Positions 10,352 through 18,381 of a stretch of DNA of 64,000 nucleotides are shown piece by piece. Source of the stretch: an uncultured Rhodobacteraceae bacterium (GTDB taxonomy: Bacteria > Pseudomonadota > Alphaproteobacteria > Rhodobacterales > Rhodobacteraceae). Within the stretch, counting starts at the first letter, position 1, and each line of letters opens with the position of its first letter. The position numbers and the translations under genes are program-made. Below the pieces are notes generated by a model. The model saw only the letters and a list, made by a program, of their open reading frames with translations. It made no database searches and was not told the DNA's origin. Where the stretch lies: assembly GCA_947493335.1 (NCBI GenBank), contig CANLQO010000004.1, positions 156,531 to 220,530 on the forward strand, given 5' to 3'.

Positions 10352-11212
10352 ATGAACCGCGACTGGATCGCCACCGCCCGCACCCTGTCCGAAGCACTGC
10401 CCTATCTGCAGCGCTATTCCGGCGCCGTGGTGGTGGTAAAGTTTGGTGGCAACGCCATGGGTGATGCGGACGCCATGGCCGAGTTTGCCCGCGATATCGT
10501 GCTGATGCGGCAGGTGGGCATGAACCCCGTAGTGGTGCATGGCGGCGGCCCGATGATCAATGAAATGCTTGATAAGCTTGGGATAAAATCCGAATTCATC
10601 CGTGGCAAGCGCGTGACCGATCAGGCCACTGTCGAGGTGGTCGAGATGGTGCTGACCGGTCTTGTGAACAAGCGGATCGTGCAGGCAATCATGGATGAAG
10701 GTGGCCGTGCAGTAGGTCTGTCCGGAAAGGACGATGACCTGATGGTGGCAGAGGCTGATGATCCCGAATTGGGTTATGTCGGCCGTCCGATCGAGATGAA
10801 CGTGCAGGTTCTGCGCGACCTTTACGACGCGGGCATTATCCCGGTTGTCGCCCCCGTCGCGACCGGCATGGACCCGCTGGAAACCTTCAACGTCAACGGC
10901 GATACCGCCGCCGGGGCGATTGCCGGTGCGCTGAAAGCCGACCGGCTCTTGCTGCTGACCGACGTGACCGGCGTAAAGGACGAAAGCGGTGAGGTTGTCA
11001 CGCAACTTAGCCCAGAACAGGTGCGCGAGATGACGGAAAGCGGCGTCATCGCGGGCGGCATGATCCCCAAAACCGAGACCGCGCTGAAGGCCATCGAAGA
11101 GGGTGTCCGCGCCGTGGTCATCCTTGACGGGCGCATCCCGAACGCCTGCCTGATTGAGCTTTTCACCGAGCATGGCGCGGGGTCGATCATACGCACCGCA
11201 CGCCCCGAATAA
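10352..11212 (+). CDS. argB: Acetylglutamate kinase
   Basis: AAK family motifs VVKFGGNAM and HGGGP. GAGGAAG lies 6 nt upstream of ATG 10352. An alternative ATG at 10337 overlaps the engB stop. Confidence 0.9.
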   Translation: MNRDWIATARTLSEALPYLQRYSGAVVVVKFGGNAMGDADAMAEFARDIVLMRQVGMNPVVVHGGGPMINEMLDKLGIKSEFIRGKRVTDQATVEVVEMVLTGLVNKRIVQAIMDEGGRAVGLSGKDDDLMVAEADDPELGYVGRPIEMNVQVLRDLYDAGIIPVVAPVATGMDPLETFNVNGDTAAGAIAGALKADRLLLLTDVTGVKDESGEVVTQLSPEQVREMTESGVIAGGMIPKTETALKAIEEGVRAVVILDGRIPNACLIELFTEHGAGSIIRTARPE

Positions 11213-11284
11213 GGCGGTCACACCCCGTCGGGATTGCGTGCACAAACCATACACAATCCATGCATACGAAAGTCTTAAGCGGCG

Positions 11285-12256
11285 TTAACCGACTTTCAGG
11301 ACAATTTTGCCAATGTGTGCGCTGCTTTCCATTCGGATATGCGCAGCGGCGGCTTCTGCCAGCGGAAACTCCTGATCCATCACCGGCGCCACCGCGCCAG
11401 AGGCCAGCAGCGGCCAGACCTTTGTACGCAGCTCGTCCGCGATCCGCACCTTGGCGAGGTCTGACTGCGGCCGCAGGGTTGACCCGGTGATGGTTAAGCG
11501 GCGGGCCATCATTTGCACCAGATTCAACTCTGCCTTTGGGCCCTGCAGGAAGGCGATCTGCACAAGGCGGCCATCGTCGGCAAGCGCCTTGATGTTGCGC
11601 TGGATATAGGGGCCGCCAACCATGTCGAGGATCAGGTCCGCCCCGCCTTGCCCGCGCATCACCTCGACGAAATCCGCGTCGCGGTAATTGATCGCCTGTT
11701 CAGCGCCGAGCGACATACAGGCGGCACATTTGTCGTCTGATCCGGCCGTGGCAAAGACCCGCGCGCCAAAGGTCCGCGCGAGCTGGATCGCGGTTGTGCC
11801 GATCCCGGATGAACCGCCGTGGACAAGAAACTTTTCGCCCGCTTGCAGCCCGCCCCGCATGAACACGTTGGACCAGACGGTAAAGAATGTCTCTGGCAGG
11901 CAAGCGGCCTGTTTCAGGCTCAGACCATCGGGCACCGGCAAACAATGGGCGGCGGGGGTGGCGACGTATTCCGCATATCCACCACCGGGAAGAAGGGCGC
12001 AGACCCGATCCCCTAGGGCCAGATCGGTCACGCCCGCACCAAGGGCCACGACCTCGCCCGAGGCCTCAAGCCCCGGCAAGTCACTGGCCCCTTTGGGTGG
12101 GTTGTAAAGGCCTGCGCGCTGCAGCGCATCAGGACGGTTGACCCCGGCATAGGCTACTTTGAGCACGACCTGATCGTGTTCCGGTTCAGGCATCGGGCGG
12201 TCGGCCAGTTGCAAGACATCCGGTCCGCCGGGCTGGGTGATTTCGATGGCTTGCAT
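11285..12256 (-). CDS. NAD(P)H:quinone oxidoreductase (MDR superfamily)
   Basis: True start is ATG 12256 (MQAIEITQPGGPDVL). GGSSGIGTTAIQLA nucleotide fold. The 131 upstream codons of the ORF-track call are low-complexity read-through. Confidence 0.85.
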   Translation of the reverse strand: MQAIEITQPGGPDVLQLADRPMPEPEHDQVVLKVAYAGVNRPDALQRAGLYNPPKGASDLPGLEASGEVVALGAGVTDLALGDRVCALLPGGGYAEYVATPAAHCLPVPDGLSLKQAACLPETFFTVWSNVFMRGGLQAGEKFLVHGGSSGIGTTAIQLARTFGARVFATAGSDDKCAACMSLGAEQAINYRDADFVEVMRGQGGADLILDMVGGPYIQRNIKALADDGRLVQIAFLQGPKAELNLVQMMARRLTITGSTLRPQSDLAKVRIADELRTKVWPLLASGAVAPVMDQEFPLAEAAAAHIRMESSAHIGKIVLKVG

Positions 12257-12471
12257 GGGCCGTCCTTTTTGATGTGCTACGCCATGGATATGGCGGCAGC
12301 GGCCGGTTGCCAAGGTGGCGATGGCCTTGGGCCGACCACGTTTGGCCGTGCTACGCGGGGCTTTCTCCGACCTACAGGTGGCCGGTCGGAGGGGGTCCGG
12401 CAACCTTGGTTCGATCCCGCTCCAGATGCGCGTTGATCGCAAGGGGGTTTTAGCTCTTATTGACACAAGGC

Positions 12472-12609
12472 CAAGTCCGGGGACTGCCCGACATGGAGGG
12501 CTCCGCAACTGCCCTGTGGCACGGGGCCTCACCACAGATCTGACGTCTGTTCGCGTTGAAAGGTTGCAAATCTGCCCACCTGGGGGAGGTCGGGCAGTGC
12601 CCGGACTCG
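12472..12609. repeat. 21-nt near-perfect inverted repeat pair flanking a 96-nt spacer (MITE-like unit or long RNA helix)
   Basis: CAAGTCCGGGGACTGCCCGAC (12472-12492) against GTCGGGCAGTGCCCGGACTCG (12589-12609), 19 of 21 complementary. It lies inside a 478-bp non-coding gap. Confidence 0.5.
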
Positions 12610-12733
12610 CGCCGGGCGATTGCGCTTTGGCTGTTTTGATTCGAGCCAAACAAACGATAGAAAATTCCGCCGAAAGTCCACGCCCAATGTCCCAACCCGC
12701 CCTGGATCGGAAGCAAAGTTCCGCAAACCCAAC

Positions 12734-13423
12734 CTATTGCTCGCGCCAGACCCCCGGAAGATCATTGAAATCCGGCATCCGGTTTGGCGCTTTCACCCGC
12801 GCGGCAAGCTGGCCCAAGGGACCCGTCAATGGCTTGAGGAGCGGGTTGTCTCGTAACTGCGCCTTCACCTTCTCAAACTGCATCACATCGGCAATCCGCC
12901 GGTCGATGAAGGCATCAGTGGCAGACCCATCGGGCGAGGTATCGCCCAGCCAATAGAGCACCACCGTGCCATAAACCGCCGAAAGCGTGGCCCGTTTGGA
13001 ATACCAGTTGATGTCATCAGAGGTGTCCCCCAGCGCGGTCCAGATCGCATCTGCGGTGCCCCAGATCAGGCGTGCGCCGTCGGGTGACATATGCGGCAGG
13101 GCAAACAGCGCTGTGGCGCGGCGCACGGCCTCTTTGTCCGGCACCGCCGCAAGGCGCAGGCGGATCGCATGGGCCACTTTTTCGCTATAGCGCATGTCTG
13201 ACAGGTCCGCCGCTTTCATCGCGTCGATCATGGCCGCATCGCCCTGTTCGTGCGAAAGGATCGCCAGATCAACCGACCCGCGCGGACACAGCGTGGCGGC
13301 ATGGGCCGGGTCAAGGCCGACCTCTGCCACGGCCGCGTCAAAGGTGGCGGGCGACCAGCCGTCAAAGGCCACATGGGGCAGAGCTGCATCCAGCAGTTGC
13401 AGTTTGACGGGGTCGGTTTGCAT
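12734..13423 (-). CDS. COQ9 family protein (rpsU-divergently transcribed protein)
   Basis: ATG 13423 has GGAGAA upstream, whereas the ORF-track start 13456 is TTG. The sequence resembles the COQ9 / TIGR02396 family, and the gene is divergent from rpsU as the family name implies. Confidence 0.8.
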   Translation of the reverse strand: MQTDPVKLQLLDAALPHVAFDGWSPATFDAAVAEVGLDPAHAATLCPRGSVDLAILSHEQGDAAMIDAMKAADLSDMRYSEKVAHAIRLRLAAVPDKEAVRRATALFALPHMSPDGARLIWGTADAIWTALGDTSDDINWYSKRATLSAVYGTVVLYWLGDTSPDGSATDAFIDRRIADVMQFEKVKAQLRDNPLLKPLTGPLGQLAARVKAPNRMPDFNDLPGVWREQ

Positions 13424-13531
13424 GGCGTTCTCCGGCGGTGTCAGATGACTCGACAAGATAGGGCGACCTTGCTATAGGGCCACTTCCTGCAACTTATTGC
13501 AAATCCAGATTAGAAAGGTGGTGTCAACCAC

Positions 13532-13738
13532 ATGCAGGTAAGTGTTCGTGATAACAACGTCGATCAGGCGTTGCGTGCCCTGAAGAAAAAGCTTCAGCGT
13601 GAGGGCGTTTTTCGTGAAATGAAGCTCAAGCAGCATTTCGAAAAACCGTCCGTCCGCAAGGCGCGCGAAAAGGCCGAAGCGATCCGCCGTCAGCGCAAGC
13701 TGGCCCGGAAGAAGGCCCAGCGTGAGGGTCTGCTTTAA
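13532..13738 (+). CDS. rpsU: 30S ribosomal protein S21
   Basis: [40 protein letters not shown] is canonical S21. Confidence 0.95.
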   Translation: MQVSVRDNNVDQALRALKKKLQREGVFREMKLKQHFEKPSVRKAREKAEAIRRQRKLARKKAQREGLL

Positions 13739-13764
13739 AAGCACCCCAAGACGTTACGAATAAG

Positions 13765-13796
13765 CCCCCGTCAGAGCGATCTGGCGGGGGTTTTTT
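13765..13796 (+). terminator. Rho-independent terminator of rpsU
   Basis: 10-bp stem CCCCCGTCAG / CTGGCGGGGG, 6-nt loop, then TTTTTT. Confidence 0.85.
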
Positions 13797-13825
13797 GTTG
13801 CTGACAATCCGATTCTGATCACTGC

Positions 13826-14263
13826 CTACCAGCCACCGACTTCTGGATCTGCAGGCAGCAGGAGCGGGTCACCGTAAGTGGGTCCGCGGAGCACGCGCGT
13901 TTTGAAGGGCAGGTAAAGCGCTGCACAAAACCCGTCGCGGTGTTCGACCAGCACTTTGATTGCGGGGGCCAAGTCGTCGCCGATGAGCACGCTTTCGCAG
14001 ACGGCAACCGCCTGCGTTCCGGCCTTTGCCGACAATGTCCGCAACCCGTCGTGCAAAAGCGGCAGAACCTCGGTCGCGTCGGTGATATCGTTTTCGGGGG
14101 CCGCCGCAACATAATTGATCTCGCCGGAGGTGTCCAACATGGCCCCGTGCGGCAGGAAATTTCCGCTTGATTTGATGAAGGTTTCGGACATTTCCAAAAG
14201 CCCTTCCATCATCGGGTTCATAGCATCAAGCTGGGCCTGCGCCTGACCTAGTGTCAGTTCCAT
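13826..14263 (-). CDS. Hypothetical protein (145 aa)
   Basis: Clean ORF with GC-rich third positions. No family recognised. Confidence 0.55.
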   Translation of the reverse strand: MELTLGQAQAQLDAMNPMMEGLLEMSETFIKSSGNFLPHGAMLDTSGEINYVAAAPENDITDATEVLPLLHDGLRTLSAKAGTQAVAVCESVLIGDDLAPAIKVLVEHRDGFCAALYLPFKTRVLRGPTYGDPLLLPADPEVGGW

Positions 14264-14360
14264 TCGTGGTCCTCATCATGGGTGCCCAAGGCTTTGGCGC
14301 GGCATGACGGCGTGGACACGGCCATAATCGGACATCTTCAGGGCGCACCGCTTTACGGCT

Positions 14361-14714
14361 CTAACGTTTGGTATATTGCGTCTGTTTGCCGCGACCCTGA
14401 TCGCGCACCGTGACCAGCGCGTTGCCATCCACCAGCACCACGATGCAATCAGCGGGCAGATCTTCGCCGCCCAGTGCGCGGTTAAAGCAGGCCATGCCGT
14501 TCTGATAGCGCCAGGTGCCAGTCAGGTCCTTGCCGTCCGCGCCACCCGACAGTGTGCCGTTGCTGTTGAACTGGAACCAGCTACCGTTCGCATCGGCATA
14601 GGCGTTGTCGACAACCTCTGCCCGGAATGTGTCGCGGTCCCCGATCTGTTGCCACTCGGCCAAGGCGGGGCTGGCGGCCAAAATTGCCGTCAAACTCAAG
14701 AAAAAGCGCATCAA
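14361..14714 (-). CDS. Secreted hypothetical protein (117 aa)
   Basis: Signal peptide MMRFFLSLTAILAASPALA followed by a Gly/Asn/Asp-rich body. No family recognised. Confidence 0.6.
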   Translation of the reverse strand: MMRFFLSLTAILAASPALAEWQQIGDRDTFRAEVVDNAYADANGSWFQFNSNGTLSGGADGKDLTGTWRYQNGMACFNRALGGEDLPADCIVVLVDGNALVTVRDQGRGKQTQYTKR

Positions 14715-14830
14715 TTGATCCTCTCAAATGCTTGAGTCTGAGGTGGTGTTTCCGCTGCCGAGGGTCAACCCCCCGGGATGGCGGGCGGGGCGTTTTGCGC
14801 GGGCTTTTGCCCGTGCAAGAGCGGCGCTCG

Positions 14831-15298
14831 TCAGACCGGCAGGGCCGTCGTCTGCCGCACCGTGCGCAACGCGAATGAGGACTGCATTTGCGCCACGCCG
14901 GGCAGGGTCGCAAGGTAGCGGCGATGGATGCGGGCGAAATCCTCTGTATCGCCCGCCACAACCTTCAAGAGGTAATCCGCCGTGCCCGCCATCAGGTGAC
15001 ATTCCAGCACATCAGGCACACGCGCCACGGCACGTTCAAAGGCATCAAGCACTTCATCCGCCTGCCCTGAAAGCGTGATTTCAACAAACACCGTCGTCGG
15101 ACGCCCCATTTTGCGCGGGTTCAAGAGTGCTACATAGCCCGAGATGATCCCGTCCTTTTCCATGCGCTGAATACGGCGATGGCACGCCGAGGGCGAAAGG
15201 TTCACTTTGTCCGAAAGCTCTGCATGGGACATGCGCCCCTGCTTTTGCAGAACTTCGAGGATTCGGCGATCTATGTGATCAATCTCCATTTGGCGCAT
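14831..15298 (-). CDS. Lrp/AsnC family transcriptional regulator
   Basis: 155-aa ORF. HTH DRRILEVLQKQGRMSHAELSDKVNLSPSACHRRIQRME plus a RAM domain. Divergent from ald, the classic AldR-ald arrangement. Confidence 0.9.
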   Translation of the reverse strand: MRQMEIDHIDRRILEVLQKQGRMSHAELSDKVNLSPSACHRRIQRMEKDGIISGYVALLNPRKMGRPTTVFVEITLSGQADEVLDAFERAVARVPDVLECHLMAGTADYLLKVVAGDTEDFARIHRRYLATLPGVAQMQSSFALRTVRQTTALPV

Positions 15299-15425
15299 GT
15301 TCCTTTTGGCAATCGGCAGTTCGGCGCAAGATTCCGCCGCTGTTGGCGCTCACGCCGCATAATCAAAGCTGAGACATTGCGCAAGACTGCGCAGATATTA
15401 GCGCCAGTCGGTGAGGAGACAGACC

Positions 15426-16544
15426 ATGCATATCGGATGCCCCAAAGAGATCAAACCACAAGAATTTCGCGTCGGCATGACGCCCAACGCCGCCAGAGAG
15501 GCCGTGGCGCACGGACATACCGTCACGATCGAGGCCGGTGCCGGGGTTGGCGCAGGTTTCACCGATGCCGACTATACCGACGCCGGTGCCAAGCTGGCAG
15601 AGACGGCGGCAGAGGTTTTTGCCACCGCTGACATGATCGTGAAGGTGAAAGAGCCGCAAGCGGTCGAGCGCAAGATGCTGCGCGAGGGACAGATCCTGTT
15701 TACCTATCTGCATCTGGCGCCGGACCCCGAGCAAACGAAGGACTTGCTGGCCTCTGGTGCAACTTGCATCGCCTATGAGACGGTGACCGACGACCGGGGC
15801 GGACTACCCCTGCTTGCGCCGATGTCGGAAGTTGCCGGTCGTCTGGCCCCGCAAGTCGGGGCCTGGACCCTGCAAAAGGCCAATGGCGGGCGCGGCGTGC
15901 TGATGGGGGGTGTGCCCGGTGTTGGGCCGGCCCGTGTCGTCGTGATCGGTGGCGGCGTGGTCGGCACCCATGCAGCCAAGATCGCCGCCGGAATGGGCGC
16001 GGATGTGACGGTGTTGGACCGGTCACTGCCCCGGTTGAGATACCTTGACGATGTCTTTGGCGGACAATTCAAGACATCCTACGCAAGCGCGGGCAATACG
16101 GTCGAGCTGGCCGCAGAGGCGGACATGATCATCGGTGCTGTGCTGATCCCCGGTGCCGCGGCGCCCAAGCTGATCAGCCGGGCGCAACTGGCTAATCTCA
16201 AGCCCGGTGCGGCACTGGTGGACGTGGCGATTGATCAGGGCGGTTGCTTTGAGACTTCGCGTGCCACAACGCACCAGGACCCGATCTACGACGTGGATGG
16301 GATCATGCATTATTGCGTGGCGAATATGCCGGGTGCGGTGGCGCGCACCTCGACCATCGCGCTTGGCAATGCGACGATGCCCTTCATGCTGGCATTGGCG
16401 GACAAGGGTTGGCGGCAGGCCTGCGCGGATGATCCACATCTATTGAACGGATTGAACGTCCATGCCGGGCAGCTGACCTATTACGCCGTCGGCAAGGCGC
16501 TGGGGATCGACGTTCTGGCGCCCAGCCTTGCCTTGAAAAACTAA
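15426..16544 (+). CDS. ald: Alanine dehydrogenase
   Basis: Start trimmed to ATG 15426 (MHIGCPKEIKPQEFRVGMTP). VIGGGVVGTHAAKIA NAD fold. Confidence 0.95.
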   Translation: MHIGCPKEIKPQEFRVGMTPNAAREAVAHGHTVTIEAGAGVGAGFTDADYTDAGAKLAETAAEVFATADMIVKVKEPQAVERKMLREGQILFTYLHLAPDPEQTKDLLASGATCIAYETVTDDRGGLPLLAPMSEVAGRLAPQVGAWTLQKANGGRGVLMGGVPGVGPARVVVIGGGVVGTHAAKIAAGMGADVTVLDRSLPRLRYLDDVFGGQFKTSYASAGNTVELAAEADMIIGAVLIPGAAAPKLISRAQLANLKPGAALVDVAIDQGGCFETSRATTHQDPIYDVDGIMHYCVANMPGAVARTSTIALGNATMPFMLALADKGWRQACADDPHLLNGLNVHAGQLTYYAVGKALGIDVLAPSLALKN

Positions 16545-16555
16545 AGCCAAAGCAA

Positions 16556-16594
16556 AGACGCCGCGCGGTCCTTACCCGCGCGGCGTCTCTTTTT
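16556..16594 (+). terminator. Rho-independent terminator of ald
   Basis: 13-bp stem AGACGCCGCGCGG / CCGCGCGGCGTCT, 7-nt loop, then CTTTTT. Confidence 0.85.
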
Positions 16595-16629
16595 GATATC
16601 AACGGCTTACAACTTTTTTGGCTTTTCAG

Positions 16630-16654
16630 GGAACCCAAGGCAAAGTGCTGCGTT
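16630..16654 (+). promoter_or_regulatory. EcfG-type (general stress sigma) promoter motif, orphan, pointing into the phyR 3' end
   Basis: GGAAC (16630-16634), 16-nt spacer, CGTT (16651-16654). No + strand CDS lies downstream. Confidence 0.55.
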
Positions 16655-16660
16655 TTGTCC

Positions 16661-16726
16661 GTTCAAAGGCGCCTGTCCCCGTGCCTCGTCGATCGGCAAC
16701 GCGCCTTCCCTGACACGCGCGTTGCC
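16661..16726 (+). ncRNA. Candidate EcfG-dependent small RNA with C-rich hairpin loops (GsrN-like); ends not defined
   Basis: Downstream of the 16630 motif there is a 4-bp hairpin with loop GCCUGUCCCCGU. A 10-bp hairpin GGCAACGCGC/GCGCGUUGCC (16695-16726) follows, with loop CUUCCCUGACAC. No canonical U-tail is visible. Confidence 0.35.
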
Positions 16727-16742
16727 GGTCGCAACCCCTGCG

Positions 16743-17561
16743 TCAGGCAAGCAGCGTCTCGGTCGAGGCAAAGAACATCGCCTGACCCACAGCAGAGCGG
16801 ACCTGCTCTTCGGCATAGGGTTTTGTGATCAAGAAGGCCGGTTCGGGCTTGGCACCCGTCAGCAGGCGCTCCGGGAAGGCGGTTATGAAGATCACCGGAC
16901 GTTCGCCCAGTTCCATCAACAGATCATTGACCGCATCAATGCCCGAAGATTTGTCGGCCAATTGAATATCCGCGAGGATCAAATCCGGCTGAGCCGCCTG
17001 TGCCAGCTTGACCGCGCCGTCGCGGGTGCGCGCGACGCCCGTGACCTCATGGCCCATTTCCGTGACGATGGATTGCAAGTCCATGGCGATGATCGGCTCA
17101 TCCTCGATAATCAGGATCCGGCCTGCCACGCTGGCGGCCATCTCAAGATGGGCGATGTCGATCAGAGCGGACACCTCTGACGCGGATTGCCCCATGATCT
17201 GGGCGATCTCTTGTGTGCTGAAGCCTTCAACCGTGCTCAGAAGCAGCGCCTCGCGGGTGTCCGGGGTCAGTTTGGCCAGATGAGCCTGCGCGGCAGCTTC
17301 GATCCCGCTGGGCGCAAGGCCGGCACTAATGGGCGCGCTTGTGGTCCAGATTGCATGCATCGCCTGAAACAGCGCCACCTTGGGCGGCAGATCGGTGCGA
17401 AAGCTGTCGCGATCGGCTAGGATCATTTCCAGCGTCGCGACCGCATAAGTGTCGCCGCTGCTTTGCGATCCTGTCAGCGCACGCGCATAGCGGCGCAGGT
17501 AAGGTAAATGAGCCGCAACCGCGGAGGAAATGTCGGCCTGTAGTGTCGATGTCATCATCAA
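16743..17561 (-). CDS. phyR: PhyR anti-anti-sigma factor (sigma-like N-domain + receiver domain)
   Basis: 272-aa ORF. The N-terminal ECF-sigma-like region (LPYLRRYARALTG, LLLSTVEGFSTQEIAQIMG) is fused to a C-terminal receiver (ILIIEDEPIIAMDL...ILADIQL). It is divergent from nepR-ecfG. Confidence 0.9.
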   Translation of the reverse strand: MMMTSTLQADISSAVAAHLPYLRRYARALTGSQSSGDTYAVATLEMILADRDSFRTDLPPKVALFQAMHAIWTTSAPISAGLAPSGIEAAAQAHLAKLTPDTREALLLSTVEGFSTQEIAQIMGQSASEVSALIDIAHLEMAASVAGRILIIEDEPIIAMDLQSIVTEMGHEVTGVARTRDGAVKLAQAAQPDLILADIQLADKSSGIDAVNDLLMELGERPVIFITAFPERLLTGAKPEPAFLITKPYAEEQVRSAVGQAMFFASTETLLA

Positions 17562-17587
17562 CCGTTCCCAATTTGTAATGTAGTTAT

Positions 17588-17612
17588 GGAACTCAACCCC
17601 TCATGAGGCGTT
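17588..17612 (+). promoter_or_regulatory. EcfG-type promoter of nepR-ecfG
   Basis: GGAAC (17588-17592), 16-nt spacer, CGTT (17609-17612), about 48 nt upstream of the nepR ATG. Confidence 0.6.
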
Positions 17613-17619
17613 TAGTTCC
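17595..17619 (-). promoter_or_regulatory. EcfG-type promoter of phyR (face-to-face with the nepR promoter)
   Basis: On the minus strand: GGAAC (rc of 17615-17619), 16-nt spacer, GGTT (rc of 17595-17598). It is part of a 32-nt near-palindrome. Confidence 0.45.
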
Positions 17620-17659
17620 TAACAATCGCATTCACCCTCATTGTGTGGCACAACATAGC

Positions 17660-17824
17660 ATGTCGAACACCGAACCCAGCAAAAAGGTCAAGGAATTGAT
17701 CGACGCCAACCTGCGCCGGGTTTTTTCGGAAGCAGAGAGTGAAGAACTGCCCGACCGGTTCCGGGTGTTGCTGGATCAGTTGAAAGAGACCCCGCCGCCG
17801 CAGGACGACGGATCAGAACAATGA
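17660..17824 (+). CDS. nepR: NepR anti-sigma factor
   Basis: Start trimmed to ATG 17660. The 54-aa product MSNTEPSKKVKELIDANLRRVFSEAESEELPDRFRVLLDQL matches the NepR pattern. Its stop overlaps the ecfG start (ATGA). Confidence 0.8.
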   Translation: MSNTEPSKKVKELIDANLRRVFSEAESEELPDRFRVLLDQLKETPPPQDDGSEQ

Positions 17825-18381
17825 CCGCAGCATTGCCCCCTGAGGAGGAGCTGGTCAGCCATCTGCCTGCCCTGCGGGCCTTTGCCATCAGCCTGACCCG
17901 CAACAAAAGCACGGCCGACGACATGGTGCAGGACACGATCGTCAAGGCCTGGACAAACATTCAGAAGTTCAAACCGGGCACGAATATGCGTGCCTGGTTG
18001 TTCACCATTCTGCGCAACAACTTTTATTCAGAGCGGCGAAAGATGCGGCGCGAAGTGGCCGACATCGACGGAGAGATCACAGCGTCACTGGCGGAAAAGC
18101 CCGCGCACGACGGTCGGTTGCAATTGCAGGACTTCAAACGGGCGTTTGACACCTTGCCGGTGGAGCAGCGCGAGACGCTTATTCTGGTCGGCGCATCGGG
18201 GTTTTCCTACGAAGAGGCAGCCGAAATGTGCGGCGTGGCCATCGGCACGATCAAAAGTCGTGCCAACCGGGGTCGCAAGCGGTTGAGTGAGTTGATGCAC
18301 ATTGGCGAAGATGGCCCTGTTGAATTAACGGACCGGCCGACCATGGCCGTTGTGGCCAGCAACAGCGGCAAATCCTTCTGA
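17821..18381 (+). CDS. ecfG: ECF sigma factor EcfG (general stress response)
   Basis: 186-aa ORF. Sigma-70 region 2 (DMVQDTIVKAWTN) and region 4 (LILVGASGFSYEEAAEMCGVAIGTIKSRANRGRKRL). It sits in a phyR/nepR context. Confidence 0.9.
   Translation: MTAALPPEEELVSHLPALRAFAISLTRNKSTADDMVQDTIVKAWTNIQKFKPGTNMRAWLFTILRNNFYSERRKMRREVADIDGEITASLAEKPAHDGRLQLQDFKRAFDTLPVEQRETLILVGASGFSYEEAAEMCGVAIGTIKSRANRGRKRLSELMHIGEDGPVELTDRPTMAVVASNSGKSF

Noticed and set aside
12403-12426. tRNA/tmRNA-like T-loop and 3' end (TTGGTTCGATCCCGCTCCA), followed 20 nt later by GGGGGTTTTAGCTCTTATTGAC. That second segment resembles a tmRNA 5' end, so I considered a permuted two-piece alphaproteobacterial ssrA.
   Set aside because: The T-stem has no complementary 5' arm (CTTGG against CCGCT). 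No CCA or acceptor pairing exists beyond 4 bp. No ANDN-type tag reading frame is present on either strand. The region is kept only as part of the unexplained 12257-12733 finding.
12668-12685. GCCGAAAGTCCACGCCC on the + strand, and AGTCCGGGC on the minus strand near 12600, both resembling the RNase P RNA P4 motif GAGGAAAGUCCGGGC.
   Set aside because: The match is partial. The rest of the conserved RNase P core (the ACAGAA...GGCUUA 3' P4 strand and the P10-12 region) is not recognisable, and the spacing does not fit a 400-nt type A RNA.
16695-16726. The same hairpin, read on the minus strand, as a simple phyR terminator.
   Set aside because: This is not fully rejected. On the minus strand the stem is followed by GATCGACG with no U-run, so it is not a canonical intrinsic terminator. 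The alternative is noted in the sRNA finding.
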